Positions 18,861 to 29,331 of a stretch of DNA of 64,000 nt are shown piece by piece. Made by a program: the position numbers and the translations under genes. Every line of letters starts with the position of its first letter. Positions within the stretch are counted from its first letter, which is position 1. The notes below the pieces were generated by a model, which saw only the letters and a list, made by a program, of their open reading frames with translations, had not been told where the DNA came from and did not search any database. Origin of the DNA: Acidobacteriota bacterium (lineage in GTDB: Bacteria > Acidobacteriota > CAIWXX01); the NCBI GenBank assembly GCA_040755995.1, contig JBFMAF010000033.1, positions 32,001-96,000 on the forward strand, written 5' to 3'.

Positions 18861-20408
18861 TCACTTGACGAGGAATTGCACGGCATTGCTCACGATGCCC
18901 GCCACGGTGACGGTGACCATCGTGTTCCCCTTCCGGCACTTCCTTGGGATCGTCACCGTGAGCTTCGTGGTTCTGGCCCTCGTGACTGCGGCCGTGTACC
19001 TGCCGAACTTCACAACGTTGCCGCTGCTCACTGCGGAGAACCCGCTGCCGTTGATCGTGGCCTGCGAGCCCGGCTTCGAGGTCTTCGAACGAACGGATGT
19101 GATCGTGGGGCCTGTCGATGGCCCGGGCTGCAGTTCCCATACGTGCACCAGAGGCCGGTCGTTGTCGACCAAGGGCTCGATCACGTAGAGCAGACCGCGG
19201 TCGCGGTCGAATGCCGTTGCGCCGAGGTGGTACTTCTGTTGTGTCGATGCGATGTGGTAGAGGTACGGGTCGATGTTGAGCGTGGCGTAGGGCTGGGGCT
19301 GCCAGGTCTCCATACGTCCCTGGACCACGGAAGCGAGGTCGGCCGGATCGTAGAAGAGTAACTGGGCGACGAAGCCCGTCGACCACCAGCCCCGCTGGCA
19401 ATCGGGAGGCCACGGAGGCTCGGATGTGCCGTCGGCGCATCCGTACCAGCAGCTGCCGGTACCCTTGGTTCCGGCGAAAAGCACGGCGGACTTTCCGCCG
19501 GCTGTCAGCCAGGCTCCACCGGTCCACTCGTCGGAGTGATGGTAGCTGTTCATAGACGGCGGGTTTGACTGGTAAGCGTTGCCGTACAGGAGTAGAGGCT
19601 GCGCTGGAAGAGTGGTGTTGGGAGGAGGCGGATTGCCCTGATTCCATGGCCCGATAGCGAACAGAGCCGGTCCCTGCGCTCCTTGACCCCCGTCGCGAAA
19701 GCGGCCTGTAGCGAGCGACCGGCCGGGCGTGTAGGCCGCAGCCCATTCGTGCGGGATTGCGAATAGATAGTCACCCGTGACGTAGTTCCAGTAGTTGCCG
19801 ACACGCCATGCCCCGGCGGACTGTGGGCTTGAAAGATTCAGGTTGCACCATCCGTGCGACGGACTTGTGGCTCCCTCGTCCAGATGCGGCGCCCAGGCGA
19901 AATAGAGTTTGCCTGCAGTCTGCGAACCCTGGGCCGGCAGATACTCCAGCCCCACGCGAGGCATTTCCATATCGCCGAAGAGCCCCCCGCGAATGTCGGC
20001 AAAGGCCTGCAGCGTCCCGGCCGTCGGAAGCTGATTGAGGTCCTTGGCCGGCGACACGACTGGAACCGGAATGCTGATTTCCGATACGCGCTGGTACCAG
20101 TCATGACCCGTGCCGAAGAGCGATCCCGGGTAGCCATCGGACGGTCCGGACGGATCGCCGCCGGGGTAGTAGGTCAACGCCGATGACCAGTTGCTCCACT
20201 CCCATCCCTCGCCCGCCGGATCTTGAGGCAGGCGGAACGCGCCCTGGTATACAAGCTCGGTCGGGTAGATGAGGTTGCCGGCTGCTGACCGCGTGTCTGC
20301 CGCCGGCGCGAGTGCCGAGCCGGCCAGCAGCGCCAGAACTACAGTGCCGGGCAGAAGTGCCCCCCTGCGGACGCTTTTCGTGAGACCTGCAAGTCTGGTC
20401 ACCAGCAT
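18861..20408 (-). CDS. Secreted protein with C-terminal IPT/TIG-like domain
   Basis: Signal peptide, Trp/Gly-rich beta core, PTITSV...ATINGSGF...NVVKFG...SNAVQF IPT pattern. Confidence 0.7.
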   Translation of the reverse strand: MLVTRLAGLTKSVRRGALLPGTVVLALLAGSALAPAADTRSAAGNLIYPTELVYQGAFRLPQDPAGEGWEWSNWSSALTYYPGGDPSGPSDGYPGSLFGTGHDWYQRVSEISIPVPVVSPAKDLNQLPTAGTLQAFADIRGGLFGDMEMPRVGLEYLPAQGSQTAGKLYFAWAPHLDEGATSPSHGWCNLNLSSPQSAGAWRVGNYWNYVTGDYLFAIPHEWAAAYTPGRSLATGRFRDGGQGAQGPALFAIGPWNQGNPPPPNTTLPAQPLLLYGNAYQSNPPSMNSYHHSDEWTGGAWLTAGGKSAVLFAGTKGTGSCWYGCADGTSEPPWPPDCQRGWWSTGFVAQLLFYDPADLASVVQGRMETWQPQPYATLNIDPYLYHIASTQQKYHLGATAFDRDRGLLYVIEPLVDNDRPLVHVWELQPGPSTGPTITSVRSKTSKPGSQATINGSGFSAVSSGNVVKFGRYTAAVTRARTTKLTVTIPRKCRKGNTMVTVTVAGIVSNAVQFLVK

Positions 20409-20938
20409 GGCACCCTCCGTTCGTCTCCAGCGCCGGGATTATCTCCGCCTAATATGTATTATCGAAATGACAGATGCAAGCGTGACCCCCCGAACGCCGT
20501 CGTTTCTGGGAGGTTCGGGTGAGCGAGCGGGATGGGAATGGCCGCGAACCTGTATGGGCCGCGAATTGATATCCGACCCAGCCCGTGCTACCTTCTTGTC
20601 AGAGCACAGGAGGCGATGGATGTCCTTCGGTCGATGGACGCAGATGAGCACTGAGTCGAACAGGTCACGGCGCAGTCCGGCAGCTCATCACGAGCTGCGC
20701 GTGGCCTTGGAGGAATATCAGCGCCGGAGACTTGTCAGGCCACGCTAGCCCAGTCTATCCCGCCTGTGCCGCGAAAGGACCCGGGGCCGCTTGGCCGACG
20801 GTCGCCATCCATCGCCCACCATTCGCAGGCCTTCTGTTGGAAGGCGAGCGGGTGGGGTCGTGGGGTCGCCCGTTGTTTGATTCATGACCACCAACTTCTA
20901 TATTCTGAGTAGTTGGGCTCAAAGCAATGTGAGGTGCC

Positions 20939-22063
20939 GTGGGAAAGGAATTTCTGGAAGGCAACGAGGCCATCGCGCGGGCTGCTATCAAGGCCGGCTG
21001 CGACTTCTTCGCGGGATATCCGATTACGCCGTCTTCTTCGATCCTGCATTACATGCTCGAGTTGCTGCCGCAGGGCGGCGGCATTGGCATTCAGGCGGAG
21101 GATGAGATTGCGTCGATGGGATTCTGCATTGCGGCGGCGATGGCCGGCCGAAAGGTCCTCACCGCCACCAGCGGTCCGGGGATCAGCCTCTACAGCGAGA
21201 ACATCGGTCTCGCGATCATGGGCGAGACCCCGCTCGTCATCGTGAATGTACAGCGCCAGGGGCCGGCCACGGGCTCGGCGACCAAGGGCGCGGAAGGCGA
21301 CATTCAGTTCACCCGCTGGGTGACCTCGGGTGGCCTGCCGACGATTGCGCTCAGTCCGGCCTCAGTTGCCGAGGCCTATGAGCTCACATACGCCGCTTTC
21401 AATCTTGCGGAGCAGTACCGGACCCCGGTCTTCGTGCTGACTAACAAGGAGGTCGGCACTACCAGGGAGTCGGTCGACCTGAGCGCGATCGAGCTTCCGC
21501 CCATTGTAGATCGCAAGCGGACGGGGAGGGTCGATGAGTACCGGCCCCACCGCTTCGAAAGGCCGGTCGACATTCCGCCGATTTCAGATTTCGGCGGGGA
21601 GAACATCGCCCGATTCACCACGTCCACTCACGACCAGGACGCATACCTCACTGCGGACCCCACGGTGATTCAGGAGATGATCGATCACTACAAGGAGAAG
21701 ATCGACGGAGCGGCTGATGAGATCGCCCTGTACAAGGCGGATTTCCAGGAAGGCGCCGAGACCCTCGTTGTGAGCTACGGGATCACCTCGCGCTCTGCGA
21801 AGGTGGCGGTGAGGCAGGCCCGGATGAGCGGGAAGAAGGTCTCCTCGCTCGTCCTCCAGACGCTCTTTCCAGTTCCTGAAAAAGCGATCGTGGCGGCGCT
21901 CGTTGGGGTCAAGAGGGTGATCGTTCCTGAGATGAACATGGGGCAATATGTCCTCGAAATCGAGAGGCTCGCGTGCGACAGCGCGGAGATCCTGGGAGTG
22001 AACAAGATGGACACGACTCTCATCTCGCCTGAGATGATCCTGAAGAAGGGGGGCCTTGCGTGA
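20939..22063 (+). CDS. 2-oxoacid:ferredoxin oxidoreductase alpha subunit
   Basis: GNEAIARAA, YPITP, QAEDEIAS, TATSGPG, EMNMGQ. Confidence 0.92.
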   Translation: MGKEFLEGNEAIARAAIKAGCDFFAGYPITPSSSILHYMLELLPQGGGIGIQAEDEIASMGFCIAAAMAGRKVLTATSGPGISLYSENIGLAIMGETPLVIVNVQRQGPATGSATKGAEGDIQFTRWVTSGGLPTIALSPASVAEAYELTYAAFNLAEQYRTPVFVLTNKEVGTTRESVDLSAIELPPIVDRKRTGRVDEYRPHRFERPVDIPPISDFGGENIARFTTSTHDQDAYLTADPTVIQEMIDHYKEKIDGAADEIALYKADFQEGAETLVVSYGITSRSAKVAVRQARMSGKKVSSLVLQTLFPVPEKAIVAALVGVKRVIVPEMNMGQYVLEIERLACDSAEILGVNKMDTTLISPEMILKKGGLA

Positions 22064-23388
22064 GCTCGCAGCCGCGTACCTCCTACATGACCGACAAGAT
22101 CGGTCCCCTTCCATTCTGCCCGGGGTGCGGCCACAACGTCGTGACCAAGGCGCTGGACCGCGCTCTGGTGACGCTGCAGAAGGACCCCAAAGACGTAGTC
22201 ATAGTAACGGACATCGGATGCATCGGGCTGTCGGACCGGTACTTCATGACCAATGCATTCCACGGGCTTCACGGTCGATCTGTGACCTATGGGTGCGGTC
22301 TGAAGCTGGCCCGGCCCGATCTGACAGTCATCGTGATCCAGGGCGACGGCGGGTGTGGTATCGGAGGAGCCCATCTTCTCAATGTAGCTCGGCGCAACAT
22401 CGGCATCACTCTCATCGTCGCAAACAACTTCAACTACGGCATGACCGGCGGCCAGCATTCCGTGACGACCCCGACCGGCGGAATCACCTCGACAACGCCC
22501 TTCGGGAATAACGAAGGGCCGCTGGATCTCTGCGGGATCGTCGCTGCTGCGGGCGCTTCATGGGTCTGCCGGGCCACCGTGTTCGACAAGGACCTCGATT
22601 CAGTCATGGCGCGGGCAATCGAGCAGCCTGGGTTCGCCATGGTCGATATATGGGAGCTCTGTTCGGCCTACTACTCGCCGAGAAACCAGGTCAAGAAGAA
22701 GGAGCTTCTCTCTCTCCTCGACACCTGCGGTTTCAAGCTCGGGCTTGTCGTCGACAAGCCAAGACCGGAGTACAGCGAGCAGTACAGAGAGATGTACGAG
22801 AGAGCCAGGAAAGCGCCGAACGAGGGAGCGGTCATCGAGACTGCATATGAGCATTCGTTGAAGAAGCAGACCGGCATCATCGTCGCGGGCGGCGCAGGCC
22901 AGAAGATCAAGTCGACCGCGACTCTGTTCGGCCAGGCCGCGATGCTCTGCGGACTGGAGGCCACGCAGAAGGATGACTACCCAATCACCGTCATGACCGG
23001 CCACTCAATTGCCGAGGTCATCTTGTCGCCGGAGCAGATCGACTATACGGCAATCGAAACGCCCGACTACGTGGTTGTTCTCTCGGAGGAAGGGCTTCGT
23101 ACGATGAAGGCGCGGATAGAGAAGCTTTCAGAAGACTCCTGCATCCTTGCCGACGCGGGCCTGCAACTGCCGCCGACCAAGGCAAAGGTAGTGAGCCTTC
23201 CGTTCGAGGAGACCGGCAAGAAGGTGGACCGGTTGGCGACTGCGACGGTGGCGATGGCGAGCCTGCTCAAGCACAGCGGCATGTTCCCGCCGGAGGCTCT
23301 GCAATCAGCTATCGCGATGTTCCAGAAGCAGAGCATTGCGGAGAAGAACAGCCGGGCGGCGAGTCTGGGGTTCGAGCTGGCAGTCTGA
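22060..23388 (+). CDS. 2-oxoacid:ferredoxin oxidoreductase fused beta-gamma subunit
   Basis: FCPGCG, DIGC, GDG..NN TPP-binding motif, YGMTGGQ; C-terminal gamma-like GGAGQKI domain. Confidence 0.9.
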   Translation: MSSQPRTSYMTDKIGPLPFCPGCGHNVVTKALDRALVTLQKDPKDVVIVTDIGCIGLSDRYFMTNAFHGLHGRSVTYGCGLKLARPDLTVIVIQGDGGCGIGGAHLLNVARRNIGITLIVANNFNYGMTGGQHSVTTPTGGITSTTPFGNNEGPLDLCGIVAAAGASWVCRATVFDKDLDSVMARAIEQPGFAMVDIWELCSAYYSPRNQVKKKELLSLLDTCGFKLGLVVDKPRPEYSEQYREMYERARKAPNEGAVIETAYEHSLKKQTGIIVAGGAGQKIKSTATLFGQAAMLCGLEATQKDDYPITVMTGHSIAEVILSPEQIDYTAIETPDYVVVLSEEGLRTMKARIEKLSEDSCILADAGLQLPPTKAKVVSLPFEETGKKVDRLATATVAMASLLKHSGMFPPEALQSAIAMFQKQSIAEKNSRAASLGFELAV

Positions 23389-23506
23389 TCGATAGACAGC
23401 GCGACATAAGTCGCGCTGTATAGACACTGGGCCGAAGAAACGAGTTCCGCCTGCCGGGGAAGAATGTGGTACTCTCATGCCCGAAGTCATCGTACAGGAG
23501 GTACTC

Positions 23507-24439
23507 ATGGGATGCCGGGGAATTCCGCGATGGTTGAGATTGAGCGGGGTTGTTTTCGTGTCGCTCTTGGCGGGTGGGGCCGGACATGTTCAGGCGGGCA
23601 ATCCCAAGGTGCTGGATACTTGTCCTTACCCGCGGGTGGCGATACTGGTGTTCCGGATGGGAAACCCGGATGGCTACCTCCGGGATATCGCGTCGTCTGT
23701 GGACTACCGCAATCGTGTTCCCTCTGACAAACAGGATGTGTGCATCGAAGATGAGAAGCGTCTGAAAGAAGCCTTTCCGGACTATCCCAAGCAGAGCCGC
23801 AGCCGGCTGCCGAAGACAGAGACCGAATTCTACGGCAACGTCACGGCCCCGCTGACGGGTGTGCTGAGGTCGGTGCTGGAGGAAAAGGGGAAGGCTGTCA
23901 TCATCGCGAGCGAGGCGGCGGCGGGCTGGCCCCAGCAGCCGGCCGAGATGTCCATGCAAGACATCCTGAGGAATCTACAGGGAAAGGCGGATGCGCTGCT
24001 CGTCGCGCACTACCTCGATGCCGGGAACAAGTACTGGGACACCGTCAACGCGGCACGGACCGACAAGGGGTTTTCCTTGTTGTCGGTCAAACTGGCTCTT
24101 TTCAACGTGACGACCGGTCAAATTGCGGCAAGACAAGAGATCGGCTTCAATCCCATGGCCATAATTGCGGTAGATCCGTCTATCACCGACGACCCCGCGC
24201 TCAAGGGCAAGATCCGCGTCCAGGAAAAGGCGGACAAGAACGCCGTCTTCGACCAGGGGTTTCTCATCAAGGAAAGGCGGGGTCTTTTCGCCAGCGAGTA
24301 CACGCTGACGGGGCTGGGTTTTACTCGAGCGGAAGTCGAGGAGTACGCGCTACGCCACTTCCGGAACGGATACGCCGGCCCGTCAAAGATGCATCACTTC
24401 GCCGGAGTGGCATCCGTGATCCAATGCGGAGGGAAGTAG
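23507..24439 (+). CDS. Secreted hypothetical protein
   Basis: RBS caggagg, signal peptide ending HVQA, long open frame. Confidence 0.6.
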   Translation: MGCRGIPRWLRLSGVVFVSLLAGGAGHVQAGNPKVLDTCPYPRVAILVFRMGNPDGYLRDIASSVDYRNRVPSDKQDVCIEDEKRLKEAFPDYPKQSRSRLPKTETEFYGNVTAPLTGVLRSVLEEKGKAVIIASEAAAGWPQQPAEMSMQDILRNLQGKADALLVAHYLDAGNKYWDTVNAARTDKGFSLLSVKLALFNVTTGQIAARQEIGFNPMAIIAVDPSITDDPALKGKIRVQEKADKNAVFDQGFLIKERRGLFASEYTLTGLGFTRAEVEEYALRHFRNGYAGPSKMHHFAGVASVIQCGGK

Positions 24440-24518
24440 TGCCTGGACGGCCCGCGTCTGCGGCGGGCCGACGAGAGCAGAATCCACCATTACGCTCACG
24501 AGCCGCGATCGAGGCAGC

Positions 24519-25181
24519 ATGCGAATCGGGATCATCGCTGACGTGCATGGGGATGCGTCCGCACTTCGCGACGCCCTCGCGCAGCTCCATCGGCTCAGCT
24601 GCGACTTTCTTGTCTGCGCCGGCGATCTGCTCGACTACGGGCGCGACCCCGACGAGGCGGTTGCGCTGATTCGAGAGTCCAGGTTTCCGTGCGTGCGTGG
24701 AAACCACGACTACTGGGCCGTTGAAGACCAGCAGCTCTTCGCGCCCGAGACCCTGGCGTATCTCAGCGCGCTGCCGCCAGCCTGGAACACGATCGTCGAC
24801 GGAGTGCTGATCGCAGTGAGGCACGGGTCTGCGAAGGACTGCATGGATGGCATCTACCCCAACCAGGAGGACGCCGGCGATCTCCGCGAGGACCTCGCGC
24901 GCGCGGACGCCGACGTCCTGATCGTCGGCCACACGCATCTGCTCTTCTCGATCGAAGGCCCTGCCGGACTGATCGTCAATCCCGGCGCACTCCTGCGGGA
25001 TGCGTCGCCCGTGGGCTACAACACGACGGTGCTCTACGATCACACCCAGCGCAAGATGGTCCGCACCCCGTGCCGAGGGGCCGGCGGGACGTTCGGGGTT
25101 CTGGAGCTGCCGTCGAAGCGGTTCACGGTCCATCTGGCCTCGGACGGCTCGGAGGTCGAGATCATCCGGAAAGTGCTATAG
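24519..25181 (+). CDS. Metallophosphoesterase family protein
   Basis: ADVHG, GDL, RGNHD, HGS, GHTH, NPG motifs. Confidence 0.9.
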   Translation: MRIGIIADVHGDASALRDALAQLHRLSCDFLVCAGDLLDYGRDPDEAVALIRESRFPCVRGNHDYWAVEDQQLFAPETLAYLSALPPAWNTIVDGVLIAVRHGSAKDCMDGIYPNQEDAGDLREDLARADADVLIVGHTHLLFSIEGPAGLIVNPGALLRDASPVGYNTTVLYDHTQRKMVRTPCRGAGGTFGVLELPSKRFTVHLASDGSEVEIIRKVL

Positions 25182-25220
25182 CCCTCGTCCTCCCCGGCGT
25201 CAGACGGCCCGCGACTTCGC

Positions 25221-25982
25221 TCAGCCGTTGGACCGGTGAGAGGCACGGGCCGTGGCCGCACAGATCTGCGTCTCGCGTCGCACCGCGTGTGCGAAGGGCG
25301 CGAAGCTGTGCGGGCATGAGTTCTCAATCGCCTCGATTTCGGCGTGCTCAGCGATTTCGGCGAGATCGGCGGAGGTATGTGTTCGTCCGATGGCTCGATC
25401 GAGCACCCTCTTCGGGTGGTTTGAATCAGGATCTCTTTCCGCACCCCAGAACGACTCGGGAGAACCTCGATACTCCAGGGCTGGTGCAGACGGGCTTGCG
25501 ATGGCGGCCACAGCCCCTTGATCACCGAGAGCCCAGGCTTCTATCATTGGACAGGCCATCGCGACGATCGTCGTGAGAGGCTCCACCTGGCGTGTCCCTT
25601 TGTTGACTTGATTGAAGCCATTCTCTATCTGCTTCAGACAACTCTTCATGTGCCGCGTCGCGCCTTTGCTCGCGGATCGATCCGCATCTGCGACGAAGAC
25701 CAGCGCGCGACAGTCGAGTTCACTCGCCAGGGCGAGTGCCTGTGCGGCCTTGCGTCCGAGGCCCCGCGCAGGCGACCTCACGCGCGTCCTTGGGAGTTGT
25801 GCGATCTTGGCGCCCTCGAATTCGAGATCGAAAACCCCGCCGCAGAGACGCCTCAAGATCGGCTGCAGGAAGCCCTCGAGTCCCCGGCGGTACTGTGGCA
25901 CCTCCGAGAGGTCCCCGATGTCCTGCTTGCCCTCTCCGACGAGAAACACACGGCACTTCGGCCGGCGAGGCTTATCGCTCAT
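25221..25982 (-). CDS. TOPRIM-like (DUF4276-type) protein, partner of the upstream ATPase
   Basis: VFLVGEGKQD, VADAD (DxD), MIEAWALGD, NHPK, HSFAPF; ATG overlaps the ATPase stop (TAATG). Confidence 0.7.
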   Translation of the reverse strand: MSDKPRRPKCRVFLVGEGKQDIGDLSEVPQYRRGLEGFLQPILRRLCGGVFDLEFEGAKIAQLPRTRVRSPARGLGRKAAQALALASELDCRALVFVADADRSASKGATRHMKSCLKQIENGFNQVNKGTRQVEPLTTIVAMACPMIEAWALGDQGAVAAIASPSAPALEYRGSPESFWGAERDPDSNHPKRVLDRAIGRTHTSADLAEIAEHAEIEAIENSCPHSFAPFAHAVRRETQICAATARASHRSNG

Positions 25983-27133
25983 TACCGGATCAGCTTGTCC
26001 TCGCCCAGGTTGTACCACAGTTCGCCGTGGTCGAAGTGCCTCCTCAACCTCTGGAAACCGTGCGTCGAATCCAGCGGAACCACGCGAGGCTGTCCTCCGC
26101 GACCCCTTGCGACCAAGATGATGGCGTCAGGGGATTCGCAGAAGTTGACTGCAAGCGGGCTGTGCGTGGCCACGATCACCTGCGACTTGCCCGCGCGCTG
26201 TTTGACGAATGCCTGCAGCATGCCGATGAACGCACCGAGCAGATGAGGATGAAGTCCATTCTCGATCTCGTCCAAGAGCAGCACGCTTGGTGACTCCGGT
26301 TGCTCGTACATGGCCGCCACCGCGATCAGGCGCAGCAGCCCGTCGCTCACCTGCCGCGCGTTGAAGGTCGCTTTTTCGTTGTTCCACTTCTCCGTGACCT
26401 CGAGCTGGGTCCAACCATACTGTGTGCGCTTCGGGTGCAGCGCGATCAACCTGGGGTAGTGCTCGCGGACTCTGTCGATCAACCGGTCAAAGCGTTCGCG
26501 ATCTCGCTCCCGCAATCGCGCTAGGAACGGTGCCAGAAATTCCCCGTGGAGGCCGATCCCCGACGGTTCCCCCCGGCCGGGGGCACGCAGTTTCAATGGA
26601 TCGAGGAAGAAGTAACACTGGACTCCCCTGGCCCATCGTGCGACCTCGACCAGTACAGGGAAGTTCGATGCATCGCGTTCGACATCCAATGTCGACAGCC
26701 AAGAGCTGGTGAGCGTCTGCTGGATCGTCTCGACCGTGCGCTTCTGTTCGTTCCATCTCCACATGTTGCGACCGGCTCGGCCGAGGAGCTCCTGCCCCCC
26801 GACCACCTGCACACTCTCACCAGCAATACCCGCAAACCGCCTAGCGCCGAGAGCGACTCCCCACACCACGGGGCTACCAGAGAAGTCCAACTCCGCCGAG
26901 ATCGAGAGGCGAACATTGCGCGCGCGCAGGTGCGGTAGGTCGGCGTACTCCCAGGCTCGGCTCTGGAGGTACTCAGGCACAGAAGACGTGACCAGCCCGC
27001 CAAGCAGGTCGATCGCCTGAAGGATAGTCGACTTCCCCGCGCCGTTCGGTCCTATCAACATCGTGAACGGCTGGAGCGGTATCCTCGCCTTCGCGAAGGC
27101 CTTGAAGGACTCAAGCGACAGCGCCGTCAGCAT
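25982..27133 (-). CDS. ABC-type AAA_21/AAA_15 ATPase
   Basis: FKAF, GPNGAGKS, VSDG signature, LLLDEIENGLHP, ATHSP. Confidence 0.9.
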   Translation of the reverse strand: MLTALSLESFKAFAKARIPLQPFTMLIGPNGAGKSTILQAIDLLGGLVTSSVPEYLQSRAWEYADLPHLRARNVRLSISAELDFSGSPVVWGVALGARRFAGIAGESVQVVGGQELLGRAGRNMWRWNEQKRTVETIQQTLTSSWLSTLDVERDASNFPVLVEVARWARGVQCYFFLDPLKLRAPGRGEPSGIGLHGEFLAPFLARLRERDRERFDRLIDRVREHYPRLIALHPKRTQYGWTQLEVTEKWNNEKATFNARQVSDGLLRLIAVAAMYEQPESPSVLLLDEIENGLHPHLLGAFIGMLQAFVKQRAGKSQVIVATHSPLAVNFCESPDAIILVARGRGGQPRVVPLDSTHGFQRLRRHFDHGELWYNLGEDKLIR

Positions 27134-27708
27134 CGCGACTCGCCCATCCGTGACCCCGCAGTCCAGAATCTTCCGACTAGAATGCAACACAACCGGGGTT
27201 CATTCATCACACGCTGAGTATAACCGGGTTCGAGTAGGGAGTGTCAAGCTGGCGACAGCATTCACGGGGGCCGTCGCCAGAGAGCTGCGCTTCGCGCGGC
27301 CGAGACCGCCGACCTGCCGCCCAGACCCCACGAGACAGACTCTTCCCAGAATGCCAATTCTGAGAAGAGTTGGCTCCAGATGTAGCAAGGAGTGAGTGTC
27401 CCGCAACCCGTGAGAGGCGTGGAATGATCCTTCATCTTGTGTGTGAGCTTCTTCTCGCTGACTGCGGTCACGGCGTCACTCCTCTGCCGCACTCGAAGAC
27501 TGACGTTCTTCTCAACGTCAGAACAAGCCTGAAGGAACCCCGGACGCTGCGCGACTTCATTCTCGAGGCGATGTCCGGTTGGCTGAAGCAGAAGGGGTAC
27601 TGCAAACTAGTCGTCGGCGCGATCGGGCTAGCCCGACCGCGCCGACGGTGTTGTTCGTACCTGCTCCGTCAGCGTTTCATCGGCGTTCGCTTCACACGCG
27701 GCTCTGGC

Positions 27709-28380
27709 TCACGGAGTTGGGGGGATACAATCATACCCTCTGCAACGTGCGAAGCATCGACGGCCCTCCCCCCAACACTGGAATGAAACGTTCTTGCAGT
27801 GGCTCATGCAGCCGTAGCAGGAATCTTCCTGTGCACTACAGGAATCCTCGCACGGATCCTGCTGCACAATCGACTCCCGTCCGGTGGAGCCGTGAAGTCC
27901 CTGCTCTGTGACCCGGGTCCACACACGCTGAGCGAGAGCAGCTCGGTCCACACGCCAGATTCCATACTCCGCGGTGGCGCGCGTCGGCAACAGGACAACC
28001 TGATGCGACGTCATCTCGACGAAATTGGGAGGCAGATCCAAGGCTCGAATGCGTAGAGTGATGTCGAGAGGTCTCGAGTCAACCACTCTTAGGGACTCCT
28101 CAAGCAACCACGATAGATGCACTTCCTCTCCTCGGCGCTGGGGGAGGAACAGCAACGTCATACCTAGCCGCTCAACGGGTCCGAGGCTCGAAACCCGGAC
28201 ATTAAGGGCGTACGGCGCCTTCGATCCTAGGTCGGAATCGTCGGAGACTAACTGCGCGGACTCGATTTGACAGAGGCAGTCGCTGGCATTCACGATCCGA
28301 ACAGCCTGCTCCGCAAACATGGGTGTGGTCATTCCCAACACAAGGATAAGCAGTGTACAAGCGCATAAGACTGGCTTCAT
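27709..28380 (-). CDS. Secreted hypothetical protein with Cys-rich C-terminal tail
   Basis: RBS aggagga; signal peptide; 9 Cys in the last ~50 aa. Confidence 0.6.
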   Translation of the reverse strand: MKPVLCACTLLILVLGMTTPMFAEQAVRIVNASDCLCQIESAQLVSDDSDLGSKAPYALNVRVSSLGPVERLGMTLLFLPQRRGEEVHLSWLLEESLRVVDSRPLDITLRIRALDLPPNFVEMTSHQVVLLPTRATAEYGIWRVDRAALAQRVWTRVTEQGLHGSTGRESIVQQDPCEDSCSAQEDSCYGCMSHCKNVSFQCWGEGRRCFARCRGYDCIPPTP

Positions 28381-29273
28381 GAATTTCCTCCTACGAGTCT
28401 TAGCACGTCTGCCGCTGTATGTTGAGTGATTCCCGTCACACCGTCACACGTCACACCTCCTTTCTTCTTCCAGATCTTCTTCGAGTTCGTGGCGTAGGTT
28501 TGTGCATGCTCCCATGCTTCTCGATCTCGCGTACCTCCTTCGGGCACAATTGCCCTCCCCTAACTGTAGATTTGGGAAATAGGATACATCTTGCGTCGGC
28601 AGACAAAGAGATTTCTGGGGGCGTGTTGGACATCGGATTGATGGCAGCAACATCTCCCCTCATAAGAATAGGTTTCGCGAGGAGCCCAAACCTCGCCCGC
28701 CGAATGAAAAAAAGTTCGGAAAAGATTTGCAGGCGTCGCCAAACGCGTGATTCTTCACGCACGACGCGGAGAAGTCCGACCCACACGCGGACATCGGGGG
28801 ATGGCCTGCGGAAGAATCGGCGGCCGGTCGGCCGCAATGGCGCCCTCGGCTGGACACGTGGCTGCGCGAGAGGTACGGCAGTCAGCAGACTCGTCGGCTC
28901 ACCCGCGCGCGAACTCTTCCCAGAACGTCAATTCGTGGCAAAGTCGCCCGGATAAGCCCCATGAGACAACGAAAAGGGCCAACAGAATCGACAGCCCGGG
29001 CTGATGCTAGGGACTCGACTTTGGTCATTTCCGAGGATATCGCCGGCGATCGCCGCGAGGCCCCCGCAGCCGCGGCCCGCAGCATCTAGGCGACCCGGCT
29101 CTCTGATTCGTGCGGCGAGCATTCTGGCTTGATGCGGATGACCGGAGCGTCGCGGTTGCGCCAACGATCCACCGGCAAGGACCAAATGACTGGTGATGCC
29201 TGGAATGTCAGGCGTCCCGATTCGTTCACGCGCATGGGAGCGCGTCTGGATCCCCACCCAGACCCGCGGAGAT

Positions 29274-29327
29274 AGAAGCGCCGGGTCGCTTGCGCGAACC
29301 GGCCCTTCGGTTGTCGCTGCTATGCCT
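29274..29327. repeat. Imperfect direct repeat copy A (GCAA-loop hairpin on minus strand)
   Basis: 46/54 identical to 36438-36490 by manual alignment. Confidence 0.8.
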
Positions 29328-29331
29328 CTGT

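Noticed and set aside
27190..27708. ORF 27370-27786 as a ribbon-helix-helix regulator
   Set aside because: Only a short suggestive stretch, weak start, and overlap with the next gene
29274..29327. Integron attC site or classical REP element
   Set aside because: No RYYYAAC/GTTRRRY ends or GTAG tag, and no integron integrase nearby
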